A model generated the notes under the pieces. It was given only the letters and a program-made list of their open reading frames with translations, was not told the DNA's origin and did not search any database. Below are positions 18,487 through 29,186 of a stretch of DNA of 64,000 nucleotides, one piece after another (position 1 is the first letter of the stretch; the number at the start of each line of letters is the position of its first letter). This DNA comes from an uncultured Clostridiaceae bacterium (GTDB taxonomy: Bacteria; Bacillota; Clostridia; Tissierellales; Tepidimicrobiaceae): contig CAZMBD010000001.1 in NCBI GenBank assembly GCA_964564325.1, positions 71,867 through 135,866 on the forward strand, given 5' to 3'. A program made the position numbers and the translations under genes.

Positions 18487-18666
18487 TTAGTCCATATCTA
18501 CTACTTTTTTACCTCCATAATATCCGCAAGATGGGCATACTCTATGAGGTAATTTTGTTTCATGACATTGTGGACATTCAGATACAGTAACCTTTGGCAA
18601 TTTATATGCAGAGGCTCTTCTCTTATTTTTCCTAGTTTTTGAAGTTTTTCGTTTTGGTACTGCCAT
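18487..18666 (-). CDS. rpmF: 50S ribosomal protein L32 (Cys-containing, zinc-ribbon form)
   Basis: Not in the ORF track. Manual translation gives [59 protein letters not shown], with a GGAGGTG SD upstream. Confidence 0.93.
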   Translation of the reverse strand: MAVPKRKTSKTRKNKRRASAYKLPKVTVSECPQCHETKLPHRVCPSCGYYGGKKVVDMD

Positions 18667-18679
18667 TTAGAACACCTCC

Positions 18680-19192
18680 TTACTCTTTTGGAAAAAGTTC
18701 CTTAAGTTTTTCAAATCGTGGATCAACATATTCTATTTCACAATCACATTGCTCTTCATTAAGATTAATTCCACATTTTGGGCACAAACCCTTACACCCT
18801 TCATTACACAATGGTTTCATTGGAAGATTTAAAATAATAGTATCTATTATATCTTCTGTTAAATCTAATTTATCATCAGTATAATAAATTAAGTTTTCTT
18901 CCTCATCCTCATTTTCTTTTCTAGTTTCTTCAACTAGTTTTCCAGTCAAAACTGATTTGTTTTCAGTTTCATATAATTTTAGACATCGCCCACAGGCTTC
19001 TTCATATTTATAATAAATATTAATATGAACCATTTTATCTTGTGCTACCTTATAGATGTTTCCTTCATATCTAATAGGCTCTATAAAATTAACATGCCTT
19101 CCTTGGATATCCAAAGAGTTTATCTGTATTTCATCTTCAATATGAAGACTTTCTGTAACCTTATCCTGGAAATCCCTCAAATCAATGTCCAT
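18680..19192 (-). CDS. yceD: YceD/YlbN family DUF177 protein
   Basis: C-terminal CNEGCKGLCPKCG cysteine cluster, located upstream of rpmF as usual. Start set to ATG 19192, 6 nt after AAGAGGTG. Confidence 0.88.
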   Translation of the reverse strand: MDIDLRDFQDKVTESLHIEDEIQINSLDIQGRHVNFIEPIRYEGNIYKVAQDKMVHINIYYKYEEACGRCLKLYETENKSVLTGKLVEETRKENEDEEENLIYYTDDKLDLTEDIIDTIILNLPMKPLCNEGCKGLCPKCGINLNEEQCDCEIEYVDPRFEKLKELFPKE

Positions 19193-19221
19193 ATAATTCA
19201 CCTCTTAAAATCACATACATT

Positions 19222-19250
19222 ATTATATAAAGGTAGCCTATATTTGTCAA
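19222..19250 (-). promoter_or_regulatory. Consensus sigma-A promoter for yceD-rpmF
   Basis: Minus strand TTGACA-17 nt-TATAAT, perfect in both hexamers and spacing. Confidence 0.75.
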
Positions 19251-19256
19251 GAAATA

Positions 19257-20453
19257 TTATTTTTGAACTAATTCTAAAGTATCCTTTGCTATCATCAACT
19301 CTTCATTAGTTGGAACAACTAAAATTGTAGTAGATGTGTCATTTTTACTAACTATGGTTTCTTTCCCTCTAACTTGGTTTCTTTCTTTGTCTAGTATTAC
19401 TCCAATACATTCTAGATTTTCACAAATTTTTTCTCTAATAGATATTGAATTTTCTCCTATTCCTGCTGTGAAAACTAAAGCATCCACCTCGCCCATAATT
19501 GCAGCATATGCACCTATATATTTCTTTACTCTATTTACAAAAACATCTAATGCTAATTGAGCTCTTTCATTTCCTTCTTCTGCAGCTTCTTCTAAATCTC
19601 TAAAATCACTACTAATTCCAGAAATTCCTAATACACCAGATTTTTTATTAAATAATTCATTTATTTCTTCAAGGTTTAAGTTTTCCTTTTCCATTATAAA
19701 AGGTATAATAGCTGGGTCTAAGTCTCCTGTTCTAGTTCCCATAGCTAAACCTTCTAGTGGGGTAAAGCCCATACTAGTATCTATAGACTTACCTTCTTTT
19801 ATAGCACATACACTAGCTCCATTTCCTAAATGGCAAGATATAATATTTAAATCTTCTAGATTTTTATTTAATATTGCAGCAGTTCTAAGTGCTACATATT
19901 TATGAGAAGTTCCATGGAAACCATATCTTCTAATGCCATACTTTTCATAAAGTTCATATGGTAGCGGATAGATATAATTTGACATAGGTATTGTTTGATG
20001 GAATGCAGTATCAAATACTCCAACCATTGGTGTATCTGGCATTAATTCTTTGCAAGCTTCTATTCCCATGATATTTGGTGGATTGTGAAGTGGTGCTAAA
20101 TCAATACAATCATTTAAAGCTTCCATAACTTCATCATCAATTAAAACAGATGATGCAAACTTTTCTCCACCATGAACAACTCTATGACCAACTGCACCTA
20201 TCTCATCCATAGATGAAATAGCACCATAATTAGGATCAATTAATGCATTAAGTACAAGTTCTAAAGCTTTTCTATGATCTTTCATGACCTCTTCTATTAC
20301 TACTTCTTCTTTGCCAGTAGTAGTATGTTTAACTTGTGATCCTTCTATTCCAATTCTTTCTACCAATCCTTTTGCTAAAACTTCTTCATTTTTCATATTA
20401 ATTAATTGGTACTTTAAAGAAGAACTACCACAATTAATAACTAATATATTCAT
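19257..20453 (-). CDS. ackA: Acetate kinase
   Basis: [18 protein letters not shown]-terminus, 398 aa. Confidence 0.97.
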   Translation of the reverse strand: MNILVINCGSSSLKYQLINMKNEEVLAKGLVERIGIEGSQVKHTTTGKEEVVIEEVMKDHRKALELVLNALIDPNYGAISSMDEIGAVGHRVVHGGEKFASSVLIDDEVMEALNDCIDLAPLHNPPNIMGIEACKELMPDTPMVGVFDTAFHQTIPMSNYIYPLPYELYEKYGIRRYGFHGTSHKYVALRTAAILNKNLEDLNIISCHLGNGASVCAIKEGKSIDTSMGFTPLEGLAMGTRTGDLDPAIIPFIMEKENLNLEEINELFNKKSGVLGISGISSDFRDLEEAAEEGNERAQLALDVFVNRVKKYIGAYAAIMGEVDALVFTAGIGENSISIREKICENLECIGVILDKERNQVRGKETIVSKNDTSTTILVVPTNEELMIAKDTLELVQK

Positions 20454-20579
20454 TTTTCATTCCTCCTATTTTTTTGCGTTTGTCTATGCTAATTCTATTA
20501 TAATATTGTTAATAAATCAACAATATTTTCATCCCTTAAATATGCTATAATACTATTAATACTAAGGGAGGTTTTAAAT

Positions 20580-21830
20580 GTGAAAGTATTAGGTATAGTA
20601 GCAGAATATAATCCATTTCATTTAGGTCATAAATATCATCTAGAATATTCTAAATTTTTAACAGATGCAGAATATTCCATAGCTGTTATGAGTGGCTCTT
20701 TTGTCCAAAGAGGTGAACCATCCTTAATAGATAAATGGACTAAAGCCAAAATGGCCATAGATAATGGAGTTGACTTGGTAATCGAACTCCCATTTATATT
20801 TTCTACTCAATCGGCAGAATTATTTGCCTATGGCAGTATATCTCTTTTAAATAGTTTAAATATAGTAAATTATATATCCTTTGGCAGTGAATTAGGCAAT
20901 TTGAATTATCTAGAAGAAATAGCAAATATTCTTATAGAAGAACCACCCTTTTTCAATGAAAAACTAAAGGAGTATCTGAGTTTAGGAAACTCATATCCAG
21001 TATCTCGTAGCAAAGCATTGGTGGATTATTGTACCATATTTTATCCTAATATAAATACCAAAGAAATTGAAGAAATCTTAAAAGCATCTAATAATATTTT
21101 AGCTATAGAATATTTAAAATCTTTAAAAACTCTAAATAGCAATATACAGCCTATAAGCATAAAAAGAATTGGTAATTCTTATGGAGAAACTAGTTTAAAT
21201 AATAAAATCTCTTCTGCTACTGGTATTCGCAATGCTATATTTTCTAAGGAAATAGATTCTATAAAAAGACATGTTCCTAAAAGAACATTTAGCCACTTAA
21301 TAAATTATATCAATAAATACAATAATTTCAATACTTTAGATAATTATATCCAAATTATTCATTATTTATTGAATATAGATACAAAAAATATTTTAAAAGA
21401 TATTAAAGATGTGGAAACTGGCCTTGAAAATAGAATATTTAATAAATCCTCCATATGCAAAAATATGGAAGATTTAATTGAAGAAATATCTACTAAAAGA
21501 TATCCTAAAACTAGAATACAGAGAATATTTATTCATCTAATGTTAGGGCTTACTGAATCTATTTTTAATGAATTACTCCCCTATTATCCAGCTTATATAA
21601 GGGTTTTAGGTGCCAATGATAAAGGAGTATATTTATTAAAAAATATTAAACAGAAATCTAATATACCCATAATTACAAAATTTGCTCATTATAGCAAATA
21701 TAATAATCCCTATTTAGAGGAAATAATTTCCTTTGATAAAAAATCCACAGATTTGTTTTTCTTAGGTCTTAATAACAATGTTTCCTACATGGATATGGAC
21801 TTTTATATCAGTCCATATATTAAAAAATAG
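20580..21830 (+). CDS. tmcAL: tRNA(Met) cytidine acetate ligase / YlbM-family nucleotidyltransferase
   Basis: VAEYNPFHLGHKYH HIGH-type motif. GTG start 7 nt after an AGGGAGG SD. Confidence 0.88.
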   Translation: MKVLGIVAEYNPFHLGHKYHLEYSKFLTDAEYSIAVMSGSFVQRGEPSLIDKWTKAKMAIDNGVDLVIELPFIFSTQSAELFAYGSISLLNSLNIVNYISFGSELGNLNYLEEIANILIEEPPFFNEKLKEYLSLGNSYPVSRSKALVDYCTIFYPNINTKEIEEILKASNNILAIEYLKSLKTLNSNIQPISIKRIGNSYGETSLNNKISSATGIRNAIFSKEIDSIKRHVPKRTFSHLINYINKYNNFNTLDNYIQIIHYLLNIDTKNILKDIKDVETGLENRIFNKSSICKNMEDLIEEISTKRYPKTRIQRIFIHLMLGLTESIFNELLPYYPAYIRVLGANDKGVYLLKNIKQKSNIPIITKFAHYSKYNNPYLEEIISFDKKSTDLFFLGLNNNVSYMDMDFYISPYIKK

Positions 21831-21885
21831 AAATAATCATATAAAAATTAAATAAAAATATAATTAATATAGGAGTTTTAAAACT

Positions 21886-23097
21886 ATGTATTTATTTCAT
21901 ATGAAAGGGGACATTTGGGTGAAAAAAATTTTTTCAAATATGTTTTTTTTATTAATTATATTTTTAATCCTCTTTGGTATTTTAAAAAACCCCCAAATTT
22001 CCCTAAAAGGTGCTCAAGAAGGTCTATTAATTTGGTTTAACATAGTTATACCTTCCTTATTACCTTTTTTCATTATCTCAGAAATATTAATTAGTATTGG
22101 TTTTGTAGACTTAATAGGAAAAATTTTAGAACCCCTTATGAGACCCATATTTAATTTACCTGGTATTGCTGCATTTACCTTTTCTATGAGTATAGTTTCT
22201 GGTTATCCAGTAGGAAGTAAAGTAGTATCTTCTTTAAGAAAAAATAATCTTATTACAAAAACAGAAGGGGATCAAATGATAGTTTTATCGAGTACCTCTG
22301 GACCATTATTTATGCTTGGGGCCGTAACAGTTGGAATGTTAAACAATCCTTCTTTAGCCCCATTAATTCTATATCCCCATTATCTAGCTGTTATAACTAT
22401 AGGACTTTTATTTAGATTTTACAAAATTAAAGATAGTAAAAAGATAAAAAATAGAGGCTACATTAAAACTAAAGAATTACAAAAAAAATTTCCCTTACAA
22501 AAAGTTCCTCCAATAGGCATAATACTAAGCGAATCTGTAAAAAATAGTATGAATTCCATTTTCTTAATAGGTGGATTTATTATATTTTACTCTGTAGTCA
22601 TTGAACTTTTATTTATATCAAAATTAATAGATTTAATTCATTATATAATTCCAATAGATTTAAAGCTTTTACATGGTATACTAGCAGGTATATTGGAATT
22701 GACAACAGGCTGCAAAAAAATTTCTAGTTCTAATATAAATTTAATTGAAAAAATATCTATTATTAATTTTTTAATCGGATGGGGAGGTATATCCATACAT
22801 AGTCAAGCGCTAGCCTTTTTATCCAGCACTGACATAAGCAGTAAGTTGTACATAATAGGAAAATTCTTTCATGGCATTCTAGCTTCTATATATGGCTTAA
22901 TATTATATAAATTAAAATATAAAAATATAATAGAGACCACCTTTTCTCCAGATATAAATATTCTAGATTACATATATTTTATGAAATGGCCTGTAATGTT
23001 TTCAACTTCAATTAAATTAGCATTGCTTATGCTTTTATATCTCCTTATAGTCTCTATTATAGTTCTATTAATACGGTGTTTTTTATCAGAAGAATAA
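21886..23097 (+). CDS. ylbJ: Sporulation integral membrane protein YlbJ (nucleoside-recognition-domain family)
   Basis: 403 aa polytopic membrane protein. Conserved position next to ylbM and coaD, as in Bacillus. Start not refined. Confidence 0.8.
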   Translation: MYLFHMKGDIWVKKIFSNMFFLLIIFLILFGILKNPQISLKGAQEGLLIWFNIVIPSLLPFFIISEILISIGFVDLIGKILEPLMRPIFNLPGIAAFTFSMSIVSGYPVGSKVVSSLRKNNLITKTEGDQMIVLSSTSGPLFMLGAVTVGMLNNPSLAPLILYPHYLAVITIGLLFRFYKIKDSKKIKNRGYIKTKELQKKFPLQKVPPIGIILSESVKNSMNSIFLIGGFIIFYSVVIELLFISKLIDLIHYIIPIDLKLLHGILAGILELTTGCKKISSSNINLIEKISIINFLIGWGGISIHSQALAFLSSTDISSKLYIIGKFFHGILASIYGLILYKLKYKNIIETTFSPDINILDYIYFMKWPVMFSTSIKLALLMLLYLLIVSIIVLLIRCFLSEE

Positions 23098-23544
23098 TTA
23101 TTTGCCACCTCTTAACTCTTCTCTATTTTCATTTAAAATATCTATTAGGTTTTTTAAATCTTCCTGAGTCTCTAATAAAATATTATCAGCATATTCTAAT
23201 GAACCTAGACGAATATCCTTGGCATTATTTTGTGCTTTCGTTATTATTTCTTCTGCTCTTTTTTTAGCTTCCTTTGTTATTTCATCTTGTTCTATTAACT
23301 CTTCTATTCTTAGTTCTACTTCATTTAACATGGTATCTGCTTCCTTTTGTGCTTCAGCTAATATTCTTTGTCTCTCTTCCTTAATCCAATTAGCTTGTTT
23401 TATTTCATCTGGAAGTCTTATCCTAATCTCACTAATTATTTCATATATTTCATCTGCATCTACCATTACTTTAGATGAAAAGGGCACTGTAGAACTATTT
23501 TCCAATATATCCTCTATTTCTTCGATTAATTTCAATACATCCAT
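23098..23544 (-). CDS. Conserved coiled-coil protein of unknown function
   Basis: 148 aa, highly charged and predicted helical by eye. Starts 4 nt after the coaD stop. Family not recognised with certainty. Confidence 0.6.
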   Translation of the reverse strand: MDVLKLIEEIEDILENSSTVPFSSKVMVDADEIYEIISEIRIRLPDEIKQANWIKEERQRILAEAQKEADTMLNEVELRIEELIEQDEITKEAKKRAEEIITKAQNNAKDIRLGSLEYADNILLETQEDLKNLIDILNENREELRGGK

Positions 23545-23547
23545 ATA

Positions 23548-24030
23548 TCATTGACCCCCTTTTATTTTTTCCTTTAATGCTAATTCTACAATCTCTGGTA
23601 CAAAACAAGAAACATTACCATCAAACATAGCTATTTCCTTTACTATACTAGAACTCAAATAAGCATATTTACCTCTAGATACCATGAAAAAAGTTTCAAT
23701 ATCCTCATCTAATTTTTTATTAACTAATGCCATTTGCATCTCATATTCAAAATCTGATACAGCCCTCAATCCTCTTATCATAGTTGTACAATTTTTTTCT
23801 CTTGCATAGTCTACTAATAGTCCTGAAAATGTATCTACTTCCACATTATCATATTCTTCTAATACCTTTTCTAGTAATTCTACCCTCTCTTCTATAGTAA
23901 ACATACTCTTTTTAGACTGATTATTTAAAACAGATACTATGATTTTATCAAATTTCTTAGAACATCTATCTATAATATCTAAATGTCCATATGTTACAGG
24001 ATCAAAACTTCCTGGATATATAACTACCAT
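23548..24030 (-). CDS. coaD: Phosphopantetheine adenylyltransferase
   Basis: [16 protein letters not shown] motif. Confidence 0.96.
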   Translation of the reverse strand: MVVIYPGSFDPVTYGHLDIIDRCSKKFDKIIVSVLNNQSKKSMFTIEERVELLEKVLEEYDNVEVDTFSGLLVDYAREKNCTTMIRGLRAVSDFEYEMQMALVNKKLDEDIETFFMVSRGKYAYLSSSIVKEIAMFDGNVSCFVPEIVELALKEKIKGGQ

Positions 24031-24032
24031 AA

Positions 24033-24593
24033 TTATGCCCCCTTATTATATGTATAAAATGTTAATGATTTGCTACCATAATTTCTTCTGTCTATCTTTT
24101 TAAGCTTGTTAATTTTATTTGGTAAATCCAATTCCTTTTCATGTTCTGCTATTATAATTCCATTTTCCAGCAATATATTTTCATCACTTATATTTTCAAT
24201 AGCTTTAATAATCAAACCTTTCTCATAGGGTGGATCTATAAATATATAATTAAATTTAATATTCTTTCTACCAAAAAATTTAATAGCTTTAATTGAGTCA
24301 GTTTTTATGATTTCAGATTTATCCATTAAGTCAGTATGATTTAAATTATCCTTTATTGCCATTATACTAATATTAGATTTATCTACAAAATAGGCCTTTT
24401 TAGTTCCTCTACTTAAAAATTCAATACCTATGGAGCCAGAGCCTGCAAACAAATCTAAAACTATACTATTTTTATCTATTGCTTTTAATATATTAAACAT
24501 AGATTCCTTTATTCTATCCTCTGTAGGCCTAGTATCCCTACCTTTTGGAGCCTTCAATCTAAATCCCTTTTTTTCTCCTGATATAACTCTCAA
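24033..24593 (-). CDS. rsmD: 16S rRNA (guanine966-N2)-methyltransferase
   Basis: [15 protein letters not shown] motif and DPPY catalytic motif. Confidence 0.93.
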   Translation of the reverse strand: MRVISGEKKGFRLKAPKGRDTRPTEDRIKESMFNILKAIDKNSIVLDLFAGSGSIGIEFLSRGTKKAYFVDKSNISIMAIKDNLNHTDLMDKSEIIKTDSIKAIKFFGRKNIKFNYIFIDPPYEKGLIIKAIENISDENILLENGIIIAEHEKELDLPNKINKLKKIDRRNYGSKSLTFYTYNKGA

Positions 24594-24651
24594 TGAATCA
24601 CCTCAGTTTCATACAATATATTTTATCATATTTTATAATAAAATTAATAGT

Positions 24652-26694
24652 TTAATTAAAAATTAGTTCATCTAGCTTATCCTGAAACATATTTATGATG
24701 CTTTGTCTTAAGAGAAAATGCTTCTCATCTAATAATAATGCATCTTCATCCAAAATTTCCTTAGATTTTTTTTGTGCTATTTTTAAAATATCCATATCTG
24801 TAAAAAGATTGGCTACTTTTAAATCAGGAAGTCCATGTTGCTTTGTTCCAAAAAATTCTCCAGGTCCTCTTAATTCTAAGTCCTTTTCTGAAATATAAAA
24901 TCCATCTGAAGAATTTTGCATTATCCTCATACGTTCCCTAGAAATACTACTATTACTTTCATTTATAAGTATACAATAAGATTGATATTCCCCTCTACCT
25001 ACTCTTCCCCTCAATTGATGTAATTGTGCTAATCCAAATCTCTCAGCATTATAGATAACCATTATATTAGCATTAGGGACATTCACACCTACTTCTATTA
25101 CTGTAGTAGAAATTAATATATCTAATTCCTTATTTTTAAACTTCTCCATAATTTCATCTTTTTCTGAAGGTTTCATTTTTCCGTGTAATAATCCAACATC
25201 AAAGTCTTTAAAAACTCCATCTTTCAAATTCATATATAATTCTTCTGCAGAATTAATATCTAATTTTTCACTTTCCTCTATTAATGGTGCCACAATATAG
25301 GCCTGCCTTCCATCTAGTACCTGCTTTCTAACAAAATTATTTACTCTATTTACCATATGAGGATTTACTGCATAAGTCTCTATTTCTTTTCTTCCAGGTG
25401 GCAATTCATCTATAATAGAAATATCCAAATCTCCATATAGTATTAAAGCCAAAGTTCTAGGAATAGGAGTTGCTGTCATAACTAAAGTGTCAGGGTTTCT
25501 TCCTTTTTGAGTTAAAACAGCCCTTTGTTTAACACCAAATCTATGTTGCTCATCAGTTATTGCAAGACCTAAATTTTTAAACTCCACATTTTCCTGTATA
25601 ACTGCATGAGTCCCTATTAGAATATCTATCTTCCCATCCTTTAATTCATTTAATATTCTTTCCTTTTCCTTAATTGATAGAGATCCTACTAACAACTCAC
25701 AATTAATAGAATATCCTTTTAAAAAGCTGGAAATAGAATCATAATGCTGAGTAGCCAATATTTCAGTTGGAGCCATCATCGCAGATTGATAACCAGATTT
25801 CCAAGCCTTAAACATAGCCAATATAGCCAATACAGTTTTCCCGGAGCCTACATCCCCTTGTATAAGTCTATTCATAGGTTCATCTGTTTCCATATCTTCT
25901 TCTATTTCTTTAAAGACTCTTTTTTGTGCAGAAGTAAGTTCAAAAGGTAAATTTTCTATAAAATCCTCTACATCATCTGTGTTAGAAAATTTAATGCCTT
26001 GTTTCATTTCCTTAGTTCTAGATTTGATTATAAATAATCCTAATTGTAAAGTAAGTAATTCTTCAAAAGCCAATCTTTTTCTAGCTTCTATATGATCTTT
26101 TTCGATTTTTGGAAAATGGATGTTAGAAATAGCATCCTCGATACTCATTAGACCCAATTCCTCCCTAATATATTCAGGAAGTGTTTCAGGCAATTTTTTC
26201 CCATAACCTTTAATCGCATTGTTCATTATATTTATCATTTCATTATTACTTAGATCTGCAGTCAAAGGATAGATAGGTATAATATTTCCAACCTTTTTCC
26301 CCTTACTTTTATCAAAAACTGGATTTACTATTTGTATTTCATTCCCAAATTTACTTAGCTTCCCATTTACTAATATTTCATCACCTATTTTTAGCCCATT
26401 TGCTATGTAATTTTGATTATACCAAATTAAACTAGCTTGACCAGTATTATCTTTAACAGGTATTTTTAATATAGATAAATTTCTCCTAGGTTGAATTTTA
26501 ATAGGATAACCACATATTTTTACTCTTAAACTAACTTTCTCACCTATTTTTCCCTCTGCTATAGTTTGAATTTTGGATCTATCATCATATTCTCTAGGAA
26601 TATGATATAGTAAATCTTCTATGGTAAATATATTTAATTTCCTTAACTTTTCAACTCTCTTAGGACCTACGCCTTTGATATATTGAATAGACAT
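24652..26694 (-). CDS. recG: ATP-dependent DNA helicase RecG
   Basis: Wedge domain plus GDVGSGKT and DEQHRFGV motifs. Confidence 0.96.
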   Translation of the reverse strand: MSIQYIKGVGPKRVEKLRKLNIFTIEDLLYHIPREYDDRSKIQTIAEGKIGEKVSLRVKICGYPIKIQPRRNLSILKIPVKDNTGQASLIWYNQNYIANGLKIGDEILVNGKLSKFGNEIQIVNPVFDKSKGKKVGNIIPIYPLTADLSNNEMINIMNNAIKGYGKKLPETLPEYIREELGLMSIEDAISNIHFPKIEKDHIEARKRLAFEELLTLQLGLFIIKSRTKEMKQGIKFSNTDDVEDFIENLPFELTSAQKRVFKEIEEDMETDEPMNRLIQGDVGSGKTVLAILAMFKAWKSGYQSAMMAPTEILATQHYDSISSFLKGYSINCELLVGSLSIKEKERILNELKDGKIDILIGTHAVIQENVEFKNLGLAITDEQHRFGVKQRAVLTQKGRNPDTLVMTATPIPRTLALILYGDLDISIIDELPPGRKEIETYAVNPHMVNRVNNFVRKQVLDGRQAYIVAPLIEESEKLDINSAEELYMNLKDGVFKDFDVGLLHGKMKPSEKDEIMEKFKNKELDILISTTVIEVGVNVPNANIMVIYNAERFGLAQLHQLRGRVGRGEYQSYCILINESNSSISRERMRIMQNSSDGFYISEKDLELRGPGEFFGTKQHGLPDLKVANLFTDMDILKIAQKKSKEILDEDALLLDEKHFLLRQSIINMFQDKLDELIFN

Positions 26695-26711
26695 TTTTAT
26701 CTCTCCCTAAT

Positions 26712-26741
26712 AAAAATTCCCTACTCTATAGTAGGGAGTTT
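26712..26741 (-). terminator. Intrinsic terminator downstream of yloV
   Basis: TCCCTACT-atag-AGTAGGGA followed by ATTTTTATTA on the sense strand. Confidence 0.6.
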
Positions 26742-28376
26742 TTATTCTATTGAAAATATATAGTAGTAAAGTGGCTGACCACCAAAAACTACCTCTATAT
26801 CAAAATCTTCAAATTCCTCCTCAAGCTTTTCAGCTAATTCCATTACCTCTTCTTCTTTTGTTTCTTCACCATAGAACATGGTTATTAAAGAAGAATCCTC
26901 ATCTACAATTTTTTTGAGTAATTCAAAAGATACTTTTTCTATATCATCACCTATAGCTAATATATCATCCTTCTGTATTCCAATTATATCGTCTTTTTTA
27001 ATCTTGATATTATCTATTTCAGTATCTCTAACTGCATAAGTAACCTGAGCAGTTTTTACATGCTCTATAGCTTCTTCCATGTTTTTAAGGTTTTCTTCTA
27101 TATTTAAACTAATATCCAAAGACAATAATGCTGCTATACCTTCAGGTATAGTTTTTGTTGGAAACACGTAAATATTTTTATCGCTTAACTCTTTGGCCTG
27201 ATCCGCTGCTAAAACTATGTTTCCATTGTTTGGAAGAATAATTATATTTTTACCTTCTACTTGCTCTATTGCATTTAAAATATCCTCTGTACTAGGATTC
27301 ATAGTTTGACCACCAGGTATAATATAATCTACATTTAGCTCTTTAAATACAGTATCTAAACCCTTGCCTATAGAAACAGTTATAATCGCATATTCCTTTA
27401 GTGACTTGTTTTCTTGTTTTTGTTCGAAATCAACTTCTCTTGCTAATATATGACTATGTTGATATCTCATATTGTCAATTTTAATATCATTTAATTCACC
27501 AAGTACTAATGCCTTTTCCAATACTTCTCCTGGATTATTAGTGTGAACATGAACCTTAATTAACCCTTCTCCACCTACTACAAGCAATGAATCACCAAAA
27601 GTAGCCATTTCTTCCCTAAATTTATCAATTTCTCTGCTATCAGTATTTATCATAAACTCTGTACAGTAGCCATATTTTATATCCCCAGTATCTATATCAT
27701 GTGATATAGGTTTTTCTATTATTTTTGCTGGTCCTAAATCTTCTAGTTTATAATCTTCTTTATCAGTTATTCCATTAAGTGCACCAACTAAAACATACAT
27801 TAAACCCTTTCCACCAGCATCTACTACTCCTGCTTGTTTTAATACTGGTAACATTTCTGGAGTTTGATTTAATACTTTATTTCCATGTTCTATAACTTTC
27901 TCCATAAATAATACTATATCTTTCTCATCTTCAGCAATATCGATTGCATAATCGGCACATCCCCTTGCTACAGTTAAGATTGTACCTTCTGTAGGCTTCA
28001 TAACAGCCTTATATGCAGTATCAGCTGCCAATTTAAACGCATTTGCTAAATCCCTAGTATTAACCACTTCCATACCCTTTAGCCCATTTGCAAATCCTCT
28101 AAATAATTGGGATAGTATAACTCCTGAATTTCCTCTAGCTCCCATAAGAGAACCTGTACTGGCTGCCATAGCTACTTTGCCAGCACTATATTCTTCTAAA
28201 TTTAATATATGTTTAACAGAAGACTTCATTGTCAACGACATATTGGTACCTGTATCCCCATCAGGAACAGGAAATACATTCAATGTATCAACCTCTTCTT
28301 TATTATTATCCAGACAAGCCGTTGCACCAATAAATGCCTTTTTTAGCATAATACCATTCATATTTTCATACTTCAA
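26742..28376 (-). CDS. yloV: DAK2-domain protein (YloV family, FakA-related)
   Basis: NVFPVPDGDTGTNM motif, 544 aa, downstream of an Asp23-family gene. Confidence 0.9.
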   Translation of the reverse strand: MKYENMNGIMLKKAFIGATACLDNNKEEVDTLNVFPVPDGDTGTNMSLTMKSSVKHILNLEEYSAGKVAMAASTGSLMGARGNSGVILSQLFRGFANGLKGMEVVNTRDLANAFKLAADTAYKAVMKPTEGTILTVARGCADYAIDIAEDEKDIVLFMEKVIEHGNKVLNQTPEMLPVLKQAGVVDAGGKGLMYVLVGALNGITDKEDYKLEDLGPAKIIEKPISHDIDTGDIKYGYCTEFMINTDSREIDKFREEMATFGDSLLVVGGEGLIKVHVHTNNPGEVLEKALVLGELNDIKIDNMRYQHSHILAREVDFEQKQENKSLKEYAIITVSIGKGLDTVFKELNVDYIIPGGQTMNPSTEDILNAIEQVEGKNIIILPNNGNIVLAADQAKELSDKNIYVFPTKTIPEGIAALLSLDISLNIEENLKNMEEAIEHVKTAQVTYAVRDTEIDNIKIKKDDIIGIQKDDILAIGDDIEKVSFELLKKIVDEDSSLITMFYGEETKEEEVMELAEKLEEEFEDFDIEVVFGGQPLYYYIFSIE

Positions 28377-28394
28377 TTGTAGTACCTCCTTAAA

Positions 28395-28751
28395 CTACTT
28401 TTCAACCCTAATTCCTTGCACATATACATTGATTTTTTTCACTGTAAGGCCTGTTAGGTTTTCCACATTGAATTTAACTTTTTCAATAATATTTTCAGCC
28501 ACAACAGATATTCGCATACCATATTCTAATATAACATGCAAGTCAATTTCTACTTCATGGCCATTAGTATATACTTTAACTCCTTTAGATAAATTATCCC
28601 ATTTCAATAATTCAAAAAAACCATCAGTAGCATTTTTACTTGCCATACCTACTATTCCATAGCTTTCCATAGCAGATAATCCAGCTATTGTTGCAATCAC
28701 ATTATCTTCTATATTTATATATCCGTATTCGTTGTTTGTCTTTGCTGGCAT
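28395..28751 (-). CDS. yloU: Asp23/Gls24 family envelope stress protein (YloU)
   Basis: 118 aa with a typical Asp23 N-terminus (IEDNVIATIAGLSAMESYGIVGM). Confidence 0.9.
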   Translation of the reverse strand: MPAKTNNEYGYINIEDNVIATIAGLSAMESYGIVGMASKNATDGFFELLKWDNLSKGVKVYTNGHEVEIDLHVILEYGMRISVVAENIIEKVKFNVENLTGLTVKKINVYVQGIRVEK

Positions 28752-28792
28752 AAAATCTCGCCTCCTTATATTTAAAATTCCTTTATGAATAT

Positions 28793-28821
28793 ATATTACC
28801 TTATAATAATAAATAGTTCAA
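28793..28821 (-). promoter_or_regulatory. Sigma-A-type promoter for asp23-yloV
   Basis: Minus strand TTGAAC-17 nt-TAATAT. Confidence 0.5.
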
Positions 28822-28857
28822 CCAGTACTTATATTATTTACTTTTTCATAATTTTTC

Positions 28858-28886
28858 TTGCTTTTTTATCATTCATTGTGTAAAAT
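28858..28886 (+). promoter_or_regulatory. Sigma-A-type promoter for rpmB
   Basis: TTGCTT-17 nt-TAAAAT, about 65 nt upstream of the rpmB ATG. Confidence 0.55.
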
Positions 28887-28951
28887 ATAATATGTCTTTG
28901 TAAATTATAGAAAATGATAATGATTTTTTATGGCATTAAGGAGGTGCACAT

Positions 28952-29143
28952 ATGGCAAATTACTGTGAAATATGTGGTAAAGGAAAAATGTCCGGAAACA
29001 AAGTTACATTTTCAAATAAAAAGAATAATAGAACTTGGTCTCCAAACATTAGAAAAGTTAGAGCAGTTGTAGATGGTACCACAAAGAGAATTAACGTATG
29101 CACTAGATGTTTAAGATCTGGATATGTTGAAAGAGCATTATAA
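28952..29143 (+). CDS. rpmB: 50S ribosomal protein L28 (Cys-containing form)
   Basis: MANYCEICGKG...CTRCLRSG, with a GGAGGTG SD. Confidence 0.96.
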   Translation: MANYCEICGKGKMSGNKVTFSNKKNNRTWSPNIRKVRAVVDGTTKRINVCTRCLRSGYVERAL

Positions 29144-29186
29144 AAAATAAGGCTTCCAATATAATTAAGGGGAAGCCTTATTTTAA
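29143..29186. terminator. Bidirectional terminator between rpmB and the convergent small ORF
   Basis: TAAGGCTTCC-13 nt loop-GGAAGCCTTA, flanked by an A-run and a T-run. Confidence 0.8.

Noticed and set aside
20470-20500. Possible CcpA cre site upstream of ackA (GCGTTTG-containing stretch).
   Set aside because: It does not fit WTGNAANCGNWNNCW on either strand when aligned by eye.
28177-28662. 161-aa plus-strand ORF spanning the yloV/asp23 junction.
   Set aside because: It is antisense to two conserved genes, has no SD or promoter, and has a low-complexity shadow-frame composition.
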